In this document: in pieces, positions 1 through 8,291 of the stretch | How the letters are laid out: every line of letters starts with the position of its first letter | How positions within the stretch are numbered: the first letter of the stretch is position 1 | Source of the DNA: Saccharolobus solfataricus | GTDB taxonomy: Archaea; Thermoproteota; Thermoprotei_A; Sulfolobales; Sulfolobaceae | Direction of reading: 5' to 3' | NCBI RefSeq assembly: GCF_900079115.1 | Contig: NZ_LT549890.1 | Span: 660,001 to 692,000 of the forward strand | DNA: 32,000 nt | The notes under the pieces: generated by a model | Told to the model about the DNA's origin: nothing | Seen by the model: only the letters and a program-made list of their open reading frames with translations | Databases searched by the model: none | Translations under genes and position numbers: made by a program

Positions 1-16
1 AATCCCCTCGGGCCCA
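1..16 (+). tRNA. 3'-terminal fragment of a tRNA gene cut by the window edge
   Basis: AATCCCCTCGGGCCCA reads as end of a T-loop, T-stem strand CCCCT, acceptor strand CGGGCCC and discriminator A. The acceptor strand matches tRNA-Val at 6269-6343 but the T-stem differs. Confidence 0.4.
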
Positions 17-376
17 TGAAATTTTTACTTTGAATTTGCTACTACACTGCTTGCAAATAAGAAGATTAAACCTAAGGCTAAATTAGGAAAAGATTATAAA
101 TTAAGATTTACAAGTTTCAAATTTCAATTGGACTCTCGGAGAGGCTGAAAAATCATCCGTTAGATGTTGCCAACTATTATTTTGTGTGTTATAGAATAGA
201 ATATTTTAAAAAGTAGAGAGTAGGCGGTGGTTAGACTAAAACTCATTGCTAAATACGATAAGATCTGTTAAATGGAAAAATAGGATTATAACAATGAGGT
301 AAAGAGGAACTATTACCTTAAATGTCATGCATAATTGTGACCTTATCATTTTAAAAATTCTATAGGAATTGATATA

Positions 377-484
377 CGCCGGGGACGGGATTCGAACCCG
401 TGTGCCTCAGAGAGGCAGTAGGTCCCTCGCAGTAACGCTGGAAAGGTCTCGAGCCTACCCCCTTGACCGCTCGGGCACCCCGGC
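377..484 (-). tRNA. tRNA-Ser(CGA) with an intron of about 24 nt in the anticodon loop
   Basis: Hand-folded reverse complement: acceptor GCCGGGG/CCCCGGC, discriminator G, anticodon stem GTAGG/CCTAC, loop CUCGAG..A. The loop is interrupted after position 37 by ACCTTTCCAGCGTTACTGCGAGGG. Long variable arm GCCTC/GAGGC and T-arm GGGTTCGAATCCC. Confidence 0.85.
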
Positions 485-516
485 AATTAAATATATATCG
501 ATAAAAATTTAAAAAA

Positions 517-1422
517 TTAAGCAGGAACGTAAATCGGATCTTTTTCTGTGGATATTTTAGTTATCTTCTGGAATTCACTTTTTATATTCTTAGGCAAACT
601 AAACGAAATCTTATGAGAATAGCCGTCATAGAATCTTAGCTGTCCATCAATACGTTCGTTTATTTTGGAATCTACTTCATCCTCCGAAAGTAGGTCTGGC
701 CTTACTCCTCCATAGACGAATCCCCATAATCCATCAAAGGATGCCATATAGGTGTATGAAGCTGATGCTTCCTTAAATACCTCCTTTATAGTGTTATAAA
801 TCGTCACATATACTTCTAGAGAAAATGATGGAGATGTGGCTTGTGTTACTATGCCTCCTCTCTCATTCAATATTTCTCTTAATTTCTCATAGAACTCCTT
901 AGTATAAAGCATATATGATGTAGAATTCTTGATTGGATCTGTTAGGTCTAGAATTATTGCATCATATTTCTCCTTTGTTTCTTTTATAAACTTTAAACCA
1001 TCAGTAATTACTAGGTTAGTCCTCTTATCCTCAAAAGCTCCCTGATGCCACTCATATAGATACTTCTTAGCAAACTCTATAACCTTCTCGTCTATATCAA
1101 CCATTACTGCTTTTTCTACAGACTTATACTTAAGAACTTCTCTAAGCGTTGCTCCTTCTCCACCGCCTAAAATTAACACACTCTTAGGAGGTTTTGTTAA
1201 TGATAGTAATAATGGATGAACTAATAATTCATGATAAATATGCTCATCATATAGTGTTGATTGCACTTTTCCATCTATGATAAGCCCTTTTCCAAACCTA
1301 GTGAATTCAACTAATGTAACATGCTGATATGGAGTCTTCTCTTCAGCTAATACTTTTTCTATTAGGTGACCGTGAAACTCATATGGCGTTTGCCATTCTA
1401 GGAGCCAATGCCAACCAAACAT
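517..1422 (-). CDS. speE: spermidine synthase / polyamine aminopropyltransferase
   Basis: 301 aa with the spermidine synthase family signature [16 protein letters not shown] and MVDID. Its start overlaps the L37e stop (TAATG). Confidence 0.9.
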   Translation of the reverse strand: MFGWHWLLEWQTPYEFHGHLIEKVLAEEKTPYQHVTLVEFTRFGKGLIIDGKVQSTLYDEHIYHELLVHPLLLSLTKPPKSVLILGGGEGATLREVLKYKSVEKAVMVDIDEKVIEFAKKYLYEWHQGAFEDKRTNLVITDGLKFIKETKEKYDAIILDLTDPIKNSTSYMLYTKEFYEKLREILNERGGIVTQATSPSFSLEVYVTIYNTIKEVFKEASASYTYMASFDGLWGFVYGGVRPDLLSEDEVDSKINERIDGQLRFYDGYSHKISFSLPKNIKSEFQKITKISTEKDPIYVPA

Positions 1423-1607
1423 TATCTTATTCTGACCCCATTAACCTTCTTATTTTGCCAGCTATATCTCCTTATCTTCTTCGTCCTTCCAAATCCACAA
1501 GCTGCACAGTAGTGCTTACTTACATTATAAGCGTTCCGGCCACATCTTCTGCATCTTATGTGAGTGTGAGATTTGTTCATCTTTCCAAAGGACGGTGTAC
1601 CTTTCAC
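1422..1607 (-). CDS. rpl37e: 50S ribosomal protein L37e
   Basis: 61 aa, MKGTPSFGK...[21 protein letters not shown] zinc-ribbon pattern typical of L37e. Confidence 0.95.
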   Translation of the reverse strand: MKGTPSFGKMNKSHTHIRCRRCGRNAYNVSKHYCAACGFGRTKKIRRYSWQNKKVNGVRIR

Positions 1608-1621
1608 TTTAGCTCACCTAA

Positions 1622-1861
1622 CTAAGAAGTTTGTAGAGGAGAAATTAAAATTACATTATCTCCTCTTATTACTATAGTCCCTAATTTTTTACCACTACCA
1701 TCACTTTGTATCTCTTCTGAGTCTGATAGGACTAAATTCATATGTTGATCATAGCTCCTTAACATACCTCTTACTTCCTTATTTCCCTTTAGTTTGACTA
1801 ATACTAAGTTGTTTAATGACTCTGCTAACACCTTATGCGCTGTTTCTGCCAAAAAATTCAC
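1622..1861 (-). CDS. Sm-like archaeal protein (LSm/SmAP)
   Basis: 79 aa with Sm1/Sm2 motifs ([26 protein letters not shown] ... [11 protein letters not shown]). GTG start. Conserved LSm-L37e gene pair. Confidence 0.9.
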   Translation of the reverse strand: MNFLAETAHKVLAESLNNLVLVKLKGNKEVRGMLRSYDQHMNLVLSDSEEIQSDGSGKKLGTIVIRGDNVILISPLQTS

Positions 1862-1909
1862 CTATCAAAATCATCTTGAGCCGGATTTAAAAATTATTGG
1901 GTAAAGAAG

Positions 1910-1998
1910 TCCCGCCGCGGGGACTTGAACCCCGGACCACCCGGTTACTGTCCCCTATCTACAGCCGGGCGCTCTAAACCGGGCTGAGCTACGGCGGG
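1910..1998 (-). tRNA. tRNA-Tyr(GTA) with an intron of about 13 nt in the anticodon loop
   Basis: Reverse complement CCCGCCG-TA-GCTC..GAGC-G-CCCGG-CTGTAGA-[TAGGGGACAGTAA]-CCGGG-TGGTC-CGGGGTTCAAGTCCCCG-CGGCGGG-A. It has the C1-G72 pair typical of archaeal tRNA-Tyr. Confidence 0.85.
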
Positions 1999-2325
1999 TC
2001 TAATTAGAGTTATTTAAGTTATCAATTATAAGTTTTATTGCCGTCTTGTACATGAGAAACGTTAATATATTTTGAAAAGAATACTAAGGTATTGTCAGCT
2101 ACTTTTTTAATATGTTATGGTTTCTAACTCTAGAAAGGCAATATTCTATAACATCATAATAAAAAGTTCTTTAATTTCCCTAAAGGTGTTCAAGAGTTTA
2201 GATGATCTTCACATTACCTTATAGTATTTACTTATCTTGAGGGCTTCTGCCTTGTAGAGACATTTTGCTGGTTGTTTTTCAGTAGTTTTAAAAACTAACT
2301 CAGAATGTATTTTTAGGGCTGGATA

Positions 2326-3033
2326 ATGTTTAAGAATAACGACTTTATTTATATAGAATATACTGCAAAAATCAAGGATACTGGAGAAATTGTTGATACA
2401 ACTAATGAAGAGGAGGCAAAAAAGGCTAATATCTACGACGAGACTAGAAACTATGGTCCTAGGCTTGTGATTTTAGGTGAAAATAGATTAATTAAGGGAT
2501 TAGAAGAGGCTTTATATAATTTTAATTTAAACGAAGAGAAAACAATAGAAATCCCGCCGGAGAAGGCATATGGAGAGAGAGATAACAGCAAAATTAAGAT
2601 TGTACCTCTGGGGGAACTAAGAAGGCAAGGTATAACAGCAGTTCCAAACAGAGTGTTAAGATTAAGCGATGGTAGTCTTGCAGTAATAAGGAGCGTAAGT
2701 GGAGGTAGGGTGGTCTTAGATCTAAATCACCCGCTGGCCGGAAGAACTTTAGTTTACAATGTTAAGGTCGTTAAGGTTCTTAATAACGCTAAGGATAAGA
2801 TTATGGCTTTGATAGAGCGTAGGTTTTCCTCAAAATACGCAAATGGTTTTAACGTTGAGTTAGATGATGGAAAGAAGAGTGTTAGAATTACTATACCAAA
2901 GGATCTTTACTTAGTAGAGGACTTACAGATTAATGTTTACTCTTTAGCTTATGAGATAGTAAACTATGTTCTTGCAGATTATACTGTTGAGGTTTTACAG
3001 CAATATAATAAAAGTACTTTCTCTTCCTCTTAA
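2326..3033 (+). CDS. FKBP-type peptidyl-prolyl cis-trans isomerase (long archaeal type)
   Basis: 235 aa. N-terminal FKBP fold pattern ([17 protein letters not shown] ... [20 protein letters not shown] ... [10 protein letters not shown]) with an insert and C-terminal domain, as in archaeal long FKBPs. Confidence 0.8.
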   Translation: MFKNNDFIYIEYTAKIKDTGEIVDTTNEEEAKKANIYDETRNYGPRLVILGENRLIKGLEEALYNFNLNEEKTIEIPPEKAYGERDNSKIKIVPLGELRRQGITAVPNRVLRLSDGSLAVIRSVSGGRVVLDLNHPLAGRTLVYNVKVVKVLNNAKDKIMALIERRFSSKYANGFNVELDDGKKSVRITIPKDLYLVEDLQINVYSLAYEIVNYVLADYTVEVLQQYNKSTFSSS

Positions 3034-4085
3034 TCTATAATTTTTGTTACTCTTGCTATTTTTTCTGCAGAACTCCAAGTTAGACCCCTATCCCCTAAAA
3101 TTGTGTACCTCTCTGGTCTTATTGTATGGGCTATTGTTAAGGCCTTTATCACTTCCTCATCAGAAAGACCTAAGTCTTTCGCTTTCACTGGGAATCCTAT
3201 TTTTTTAAGTCTATTTCTTATTATTTTCCAATTTATACCATGCAAGTAAGCCATAATAATTGTTCCTAAACCAACTAGTTCACCATGCAAAATTCCCTCT
3301 GGATGTATTAACTCAACTGCATGGGCAAATAGATGTTCAGAACCACTTGCTGGTCTGGTGCTTCCAGCCATTCCCATGGCTACTCCGCTACTTATTAACG
3401 CTTCCATTAACATTCTTACCCCGTATTTTATGTCCTTATTAATAATCTTAGTGCATTGAAACGCGTGTTTAGCAGACATTAATGCTAAAGACGCTGTGTA
3501 ATCACCATAATATTCTCCTCTTAACTTAGCCGCTAACTTCCAATCTCTCACTGCTATTATCTTCCCTATTGTATCACCTATTCCTGCATTGATTAATCTT
3601 CTTGGGGAGAGGCTTAGAATTTCTATGTCCGCAATAATTGCTAATGGTTCTTTTGCCTTTACTGAAACTGGCTTCTGTAACCCCTTTATGGAAGCAAATG
3701 GCGATGTAATTCCATCATGTGATGGAGAAGTAGGTATACTAACGAATTCTAAGCTATTTCTAAATGCAGCATATTTCGTGACATCTATAACTTTACCCCC
3801 ACCTATACCTAGCAGTAAACTAGGACTAATCCTCTTGATAACTTCCTCTACCATATATACATCGTCTAAAGTAGCACTATCTATTTCGACTACCTCATAT
3901 TTAGCATCTTTTGGGAGATTTTCTATGACTTTATCCGCTATTTTTTTAGTATATTTTGTTCCAGTCACTATTAGAAATGGAGGAGTTACACCTAGTTGTG
4001 AGAAGTAGATAGAAATGTCATATACTATATCATGTCCTACGAAAACCCTTCTCGGTAGACTAATCACGTGTTCTTTTACATTCAC
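3030..4085 (-). CDS. egsA: sn-glycerol-1-phosphate dehydrogenase (archaeal lipid backbone synthesis)
   Basis: 351 aa of the iron-ADH/DHQS-like family, with [15 protein letters not shown] and [18 protein letters not shown] motifs typical of G1PDH. Confidence 0.85.
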   Translation of the reverse strand: MNVKEHVISLPRRVFVGHDIVYDISIYFSQLGVTPPFLIVTGTKYTKKIADKVIENLPKDAKYEVVEIDSATLDDVYMVEEVIKRISPSLLLGIGGGKVIDVTKYAAFRNSLEFVSIPTSPSHDGITSPFASIKGLQKPVSVKAKEPLAIIADIEILSLSPRRLINAGIGDTIGKIIAVRDWKLAAKLRGEYYGDYTASLALMSAKHAFQCTKIINKDIKYGVRMLMEALISSGVAMGMAGSTRPASGSEHLFAHAVELIHPEGILHGELVGLGTIIMAYLHGINWKIIRNRLKKIGFPVKAKDLGLSDEEVIKALTIAHTIRPERYTILGDRGLTWSSAEKIARVTKIID

Positions 4086-4155
4086 ATATAAAAGGAGAAG
4101 ATTTAAATATTAAAAATTAGCATAGATAAGTTCAGTTGTAGCTATTTCTTAAAAG

Positions 4156-6075
4156 TTGGTGAATAGGTTGGCATCTCTGGATAGGTTTAACAGAATATCG
4201 TTAATATATTCTGAACTAAAGGAATTAGGGATAACCAGAATTGAATATGAAGGACCGACAATAGCTGTGTATGTAAAGAAACCAGCACTGATAACAGAAA
4301 AGGGAGAAGTAATAAAGAAAATTGCAAAGGATATTAAAAAGAGAATAGTAATAAAAGCCGACCCTTCAGTAAGGAAAGATAAGAAGGAAGCCGTTGAAAT
4401 AATAAAGAACCTTGTACCCGCCGAAGCTGAAATTGTAGATATAAAATTTGATGATGACTTAGGTGAGGTATTAATAAAGGCAAAGAAACCAGGATTAGTA
4501 ATAGGAAAAGGTGGCTCATTACAGCAAAGAATATTTGCTGAAACCTTTTGGAAGGCGGAAATAGTTAGAGAACCACCAATAAAATCTAGAACATATGATA
4601 GTATCTTAGAGCATATTTACAATGAGACTGAATATAGAGCTAAAATACTAAAGGTTTTTGGAGAAAGGATACACAGAGAGACGATATTTCAAGATAAGTA
4701 CGTAAGAATTACGGCATTAGGAGGCTTTCTAGAAGTTGGTCGGTCTGCAGTATTAGTAGAAACTCCAGAAAGCAAAGTATTGCTAGATGTGGGACTTAAC
4801 CCTAGCGCGAATATGTTTGGAGAGAAATTATTCCCTAAGCTTGACATTGACCAGTTGAAGATGGAGGAATTGGATGCTGTAGTTATCACACATGCACATT
4901 TAGATCATTGCGGAATGGTGCCTTTTCTATTTAAGTATGGATATGAAGGGCCAGTATACACTACTGTACCAACTAGGGATATAATGGCATTAATGCAATT
5001 AGACTCGCTTGACGTTGCAGAAAAAGAAGGCAAACCCATACCTTACTCCGCAAAAGAGGTAAGAAAGGAGTTATTACACACAATAACGTTAGATTATGGA
5101 GAAGTTACTGATATTGCACCTGACATAAGATTAACATTCTACAACGCTGGCCACATATTGGGATCTGGGATGGCTCATTTACACATTGGAGATGGAAAAC
5201 ATAACATAGTCTATACTGGTGACTTCAAATATGCAAAAACTAAACTGCTTGATAAGGCAAACACGGAATTTCCAAGAGTTGACACGTTAATTATGGAAAC
5301 TACTTATGGTGCACAAGATCAGCCAAATAGAGAGGAATCGGAATTAGAGTTGCTAGAGATTATAAATAAAACACTTAATAAAGGAGGAAAAGTCCTAATT
5401 CCAGTACTAGCTGTAGGAAGAGGACAAGAAATTATGCTCATAATAAACGATTTTATGAAAAAGAAGCTAATTCCAGAGGTACCGGTTTACGTAACGGGAT
5501 TAGTTGATGAAGTTACAGCTATACATAATGCGTATCCAGAGTGGTTAGGAAGAGAAGTGAGAGAAGAAATATTGTATAAAGATGAAAATCCGTTTACCTC
5601 AGAACACTTTAAGAGAATTGAAGGATATAAAGAGGATATAGCAAAAGGTGAGCCATCTATAATTTTAGCAACTTCTGGAATGTTAAACGGAGGACCCGCT
5701 GTGGAATTCTTCAAGACCATGGCACCAGATCCTAAAAATGCAATAATATTTGTAAGTTATCAAGCAGAAGGTACATTAGGTAGAAAAGTGAGAGACGGCG
5801 CAAAAGAAGTACAAATTCTTGATAGGGACGGAAGAGTAGAGTCAATACAAATAAATATGGAAGTCGAGGCAGTTGAAGGGTTTTCTGGACACTCCGATAA
5901 AAGACAACTCCTTAACTTCCTTAGAAATATCGAACCTAAGCCCAAAAATGTAATATTAAATCACGGAGAAGCATCTTCAATAAGAGCTTTTGCAAACTAT
6001 ATAAGAGAAGATAGATTAGGGTATAAGCCCAATATATATACACCAGCTATATTGGATAGCCTAAGAGTAGCCTAA
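4156..6075 (+). CDS. aCPSF1-type beta-CASP ribonuclease (N-terminal KH domains plus metallo-beta-lactamase)
   Basis: 639 aa. KH-like GLVIGKGG motif, metallo-beta-lactamase HAHLDHCG, then beta-CASP region. Apparent TTG start. Confidence 0.9.
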   Translation: MVNRLASLDRFNRISLIYSELKELGITRIEYEGPTIAVYVKKPALITEKGEVIKKIAKDIKKRIVIKADPSVRKDKKEAVEIIKNLVPAEAEIVDIKFDDDLGEVLIKAKKPGLVIGKGGSLQQRIFAETFWKAEIVREPPIKSRTYDSILEHIYNETEYRAKILKVFGERIHRETIFQDKYVRITALGGFLEVGRSAVLVETPESKVLLDVGLNPSANMFGEKLFPKLDIDQLKMEELDAVVITHAHLDHCGMVPFLFKYGYEGPVYTTVPTRDIMALMQLDSLDVAEKEGKPIPYSAKEVRKELLHTITLDYGEVTDIAPDIRLTFYNAGHILGSGMAHLHIGDGKHNIVYTGDFKYAKTKLLDKANTEFPRVDTLIMETTYGAQDQPNREESELELLEIINKTLNKGGKVLIPVLAVGRGQEIMLIINDFMKKKLIPEVPVYVTGLVDEVTAIHNAYPEWLGREVREEILYKDENPFTSEHFKRIEGYKEDIAKGEPSIILATSGMLNGGPAVEFFKTMAPDPKNAIIFVSYQAEGTLGRKVRDGAKEVQILDRDGRVESIQINMEVEAVEGFSGHSDKRQLLNFLRNIEPKPKNVILNHGEASSIRAFANYIREDRLGYKPNIYTPAILDSLRVA

Positions 6076-6267
6076 ATGCTTTATTAACCTATTGAATGTT
6101 TTTCCACTAAAGACTATATTATTTTCCTTTCAATAATGATCAATAATGATTAGATGCATAATTTCTTTTCTTCACACCTCTTAACTCTCTGTGAAAATTC
6201 AACAAGTCCGCAAAGCATAGCCCAAAGAAAACTTTTAAAGTGAAATCGTTATTAATCAAATAACTAG

Positions 6268-6524
<257 letters not shown>

Positions 6525-6876
6525 ATTTCCACGTCCAGCATTATAGTTGCCAAAACGCGTTTATAAGCTATTGGCAATCGTTAATTTTTGTCGTTAAAAA
6601 TCGTTGAATTGAAAGTAGACGGCAAAAATTCCTTAGTTTCGCAAAAATTCAGATAGAATTAAGAAACACCTCGCTAACTAACGCCTCATGCCCGTCTTTG
6701 CGGATTAGATAATAAACACCAGGCCGATATTTCCCTCCGTCGTAGATAAACCCGCCGTCGCTCGTCATTTGAGCCCGCTATGTACCATATTGTACTTTAA
6801 CATATTTAAATTTTGTGGTAATTTGTGGTACATTAAAGTTTTTATATTGAAGTACAATAAAGTATATTGAGGTAAA

Positions 6877-7104
6877 ATGCCCAGGCCAGGTTATAAGTCG
6901 GTCTACTTCCCAGATGAGGAGCTATGGAAGAAAATAGTGGATGAGGCAGAAAAAAGGAAAGTAAGTGTATATGAGGTGTTAAAAGACGCTTTCAATTGCT
7001 ATATAAGGGAAAAGGAAGGGAATAAGGTAAGTATGGAGGAAATAGTAAAAGAGCTCCAGGAATTGAAGAAGAGGGTTGAGGAACTGGAAAAGAAAGTTAA
7101 ATAG
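6877..7104 (+). CDS. ribbon-helix-helix (CopG/ORF56-like) DNA-binding protein with C-terminal coiled coil
   Basis: 75 aa. The N-terminal pattern KSVYFPDEELWKKIVDEAEKRKVSVYEVLKDAFNCYIRE fits an RHH fold (beta strand plus two helices). EELEKKVK heptads at the C-terminus. TATA-like TTTATATT about 30 nt upstream. Confidence 0.6.
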   Translation: MPRPGYKSVYFPDEELWKKIVDEAEKRKVSVYEVLKDAFNCYIREKEGNKVSMEEIVKELQELKKRVEELEKKVK

Positions 7105-7199
7105 AATTTTTTATTGATAAACTGGGGAGTTAACTAATCTTCTTATTCAAATAATAATTCTATAGGGATACTAACTTAGTATAAATAAAAACAGAAAGA

Positions 7200-7207
7200 T
7201 TTTCAAA
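7200..7207 (+). promoter_or_regulatory. TATA-like box of C/D sRNA copy A
   Basis: TTTTCAAA is centred about 27 nt upstream of the first G of the sRNA stem. The equivalent TTTTTAAA sits at the same distance in copy B. Confidence 0.4.
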
Positions 7208-7230
7208 TCCCAAAAAATAAGAACTAAATT

Positions 7231-7302
7231 GGGGAGCGGGGAAATGATGAGGGTTCCAGAGCTGAAGCGTGATGAATGGTTGACACGCTGACCCCGCTCC
7301 CC
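7231..7302 (+). ncRNA. C/D box sRNA (2'-O-methylation guide type), copy A, closed by an 11-bp stem
   Basis: GGGGAGCGGGG-AA-ATGATGA(C)-GGGTTCCAGAG-CTGA(D')-AGC-GTGATGA(C')-ATGGTTGACACG-CTGA(D)-CCCCGCTCCCC. 44/72 G+C in AT-rich surroundings. No ORF. Confidence 0.75.
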
Positions 7303-7349
7303 TAATTTCCTTTGAGTTAGTGACAATAAAGTTTTCTCAATTCACTATA

Positions 7350-7556
7350 TTATCTTCCTTTTCTATTTCTAGAAGAAGCCCTGCTTACTATGTCGTCCGG
7401 GACTTTCCTTATTTTACCCACAACATACCTGTATAGAGTACTCCTACCTATACCTAACTTCTGTGCAACATAACTCAGCTTGTACTTTTCTACTACCTTT
7501 TTGAGTACCCGAATTTTTTGCTCATTATCGAGTCTATCTAAGTCAATCTTTACCAT
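7350..7556 (-). CDS. small helix-turn-helix protein (mobile-element remnant)
   Basis: The ORF track gives 7350..7616. I prefer the ATG at 7556 (MVKIDLDRL..., 68 aa) because a TATA-like TTTAATATT lies about 22 nt upstream, giving a leaderless transcript. HTH signature SYVAQKLGIGRSTLYRYV. Confidence 0.5.
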   Translation of the reverse strand: MVKIDLDRLDNEQKIRVLKKVVEKYKLSYVAQKLGIGRSTLYRYVVGKIRKVPDDIVSRASSRNRKGR

Positions 7557-7669
7557 AATCTCATATACCAATATTAAATGGTGAGAGTGTTGCAAAAATA
7601 TCCTTTGCTGTTGCAAATCTCTTATCTCTGTAGAGAACGTAATTTTCTTTCAAATTATCATAAAATTAG

Positions 7670-7759
7670 TGCCGCGGCCGGGATTTGAACCCGGGTCACG
7701 GGCTCGAGAGGCCCGCATTCTTTCGGTGCCTGCGCTTGACCGGGCTAAACCACCGCGGC
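7670..7759 (-). tRNA. tRNA-Glu(CTC) with an intron of about 17 nt at a non-canonical position (between D-arm and anticodon stem)
   Basis: Reverse complement GCCGCGG-TG-GTTT-AGCCCGGTC-AAGC-G-[CAGGCACCGAAAGAATG]-CGGGC-CTCTCGA-GCCCG-TGAC-CCGGGTTCAAATCCCGG-CCGCGGC-A. The 17 extra nt precede the anticodon stem. Confidence 0.7.
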
Positions 7760-7791
7760 GTTTTCGCTATAAAATAAGTAGAGGATGTAAT

Positions 7792-8280
7792 TTAAAGTTT
7801 AGTGTTTTTTAGTATCTCGTTAATAACATCGTCTTTGTTACCTTCAAAGAACTCTGCATATATTATTTCGTCGTAAAGAATTAGATATCCTTTTGCACTA
7901 GTCAGCAGAGAATATTTATATCCTCTACATCCCTCACAATAACCTCTAACCTCTTTAACTAGTAAATGTTCAATCACAGATAGTTTAATATTTCCTTTTT
8001 CAATTATTTCTATATCATTATCTTTTTTAACTGATAATCTCTTAGCTAAATAATAAAGTGCGACCTGAATTAGGTCGGTAGTATTTATACTTTCTTCCCT
8101 TAGTTTTTTAGATATCTTGTATTCTCTATCCGCTTTCTTTAATACTTCCTTTACTTTTCTCCTTATCTCCACAGAATCTGAAAGAAGTTGCATACATTCC
8201 CTTGCTAATTCACTTGCTGTTTTATAATCTCCAATCCACGTTAAGATATAAGCCTTATGAAGATTCTCAATACAGTTCAT
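7792..8280 (-). CDS. hypothetical protein (downstream gene of a two-gene cassette)
   Basis: 162-aa ORF 11 nt downstream of the 204-aa ORF. Helical charged N-terminal half, CEGCRGY in the C-terminal half. No family recognised. Confidence 0.55.
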   Translation of the reverse strand: MNCIENLHKAYILTWIGDYKTASELARECMQLLSDSVEIRRKVKEVLKKADREYKISKKLREESINTTDLIQVALYYLAKRLSVKKDNDIEIIEKGNIKLSVIEHLLVKEVRGYCEGCRGYKYSLLTSAKGYLILYDEIIYAEFFEGNKDDVINEILKNTKL

Positions 8281-8291
8281 TTTTTCTCACT

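Noticed and set aside
1329-1625. 98-aa ORF on the + strand
   Set aside because: It lies entirely antisense to the well-supported speE and L37e genes and has low-complexity composition. It is a shadow ORF.
3589-4008. 139-aa ORF (and the 60-aa ORF at 3260..3442) on the + strand
   Set aside because: Both are antisense to the G1P dehydrogenase gene, which has clear family motifs. They are shadow ORFs.
4334-5945. Four short minus-strand ORFs (4334..4519, 4689..4889, 5487..5720, 5760..5945)
   Set aside because: All lie inside and antisense to the aCPSF1 gene, with Ser/Leu-rich shadow-frame composition.
6601-6615. GAATTGAAAG, identical to the 3' end (crRNA 5'-handle source) of Sulfolobus CRISPR repeats as I recall them
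   Set aside because: Only the last 10 nt match; the preceding 14 nt do not. There is a single occurrence with no spacer-repeat periodicity. It is most likely chance or part of the TCGTT repeat set, not a CRISPR array.
7120-7133. 14-nt match AACTGGGGAGTTAA with the reverse complement of 24601-24614, and a shared TATAAATAAAA at 7180 and 24633
   Set aside because: The motif is a near-palindromic hairpin (TTAACT/AGTTAA arms). Its order relative to the sRNA modules is not collinear between the two loci. A few 14-mer coincidences are expected in 32 kb of AT-rich DNA, and TATAAATAAAA is a generic TATA box. This is not counted as homology.
7231-7302. Alternative readings of the 72-nt elements: a MITE with terminal inverted repeats, or a plasmid origin stem-loop with an internal covarying hairpin
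   Set aside because: My first reading saw the conserved TTCATC and TCAG blocks as loop and stem features. On the other strand they resolve exactly into C, D', C' and D boxes at canonical spacing, with the variable parts falling in the guide positions. No target-site duplications flank the stems. The MITE or origin idea is kept only as a refutation scenario.
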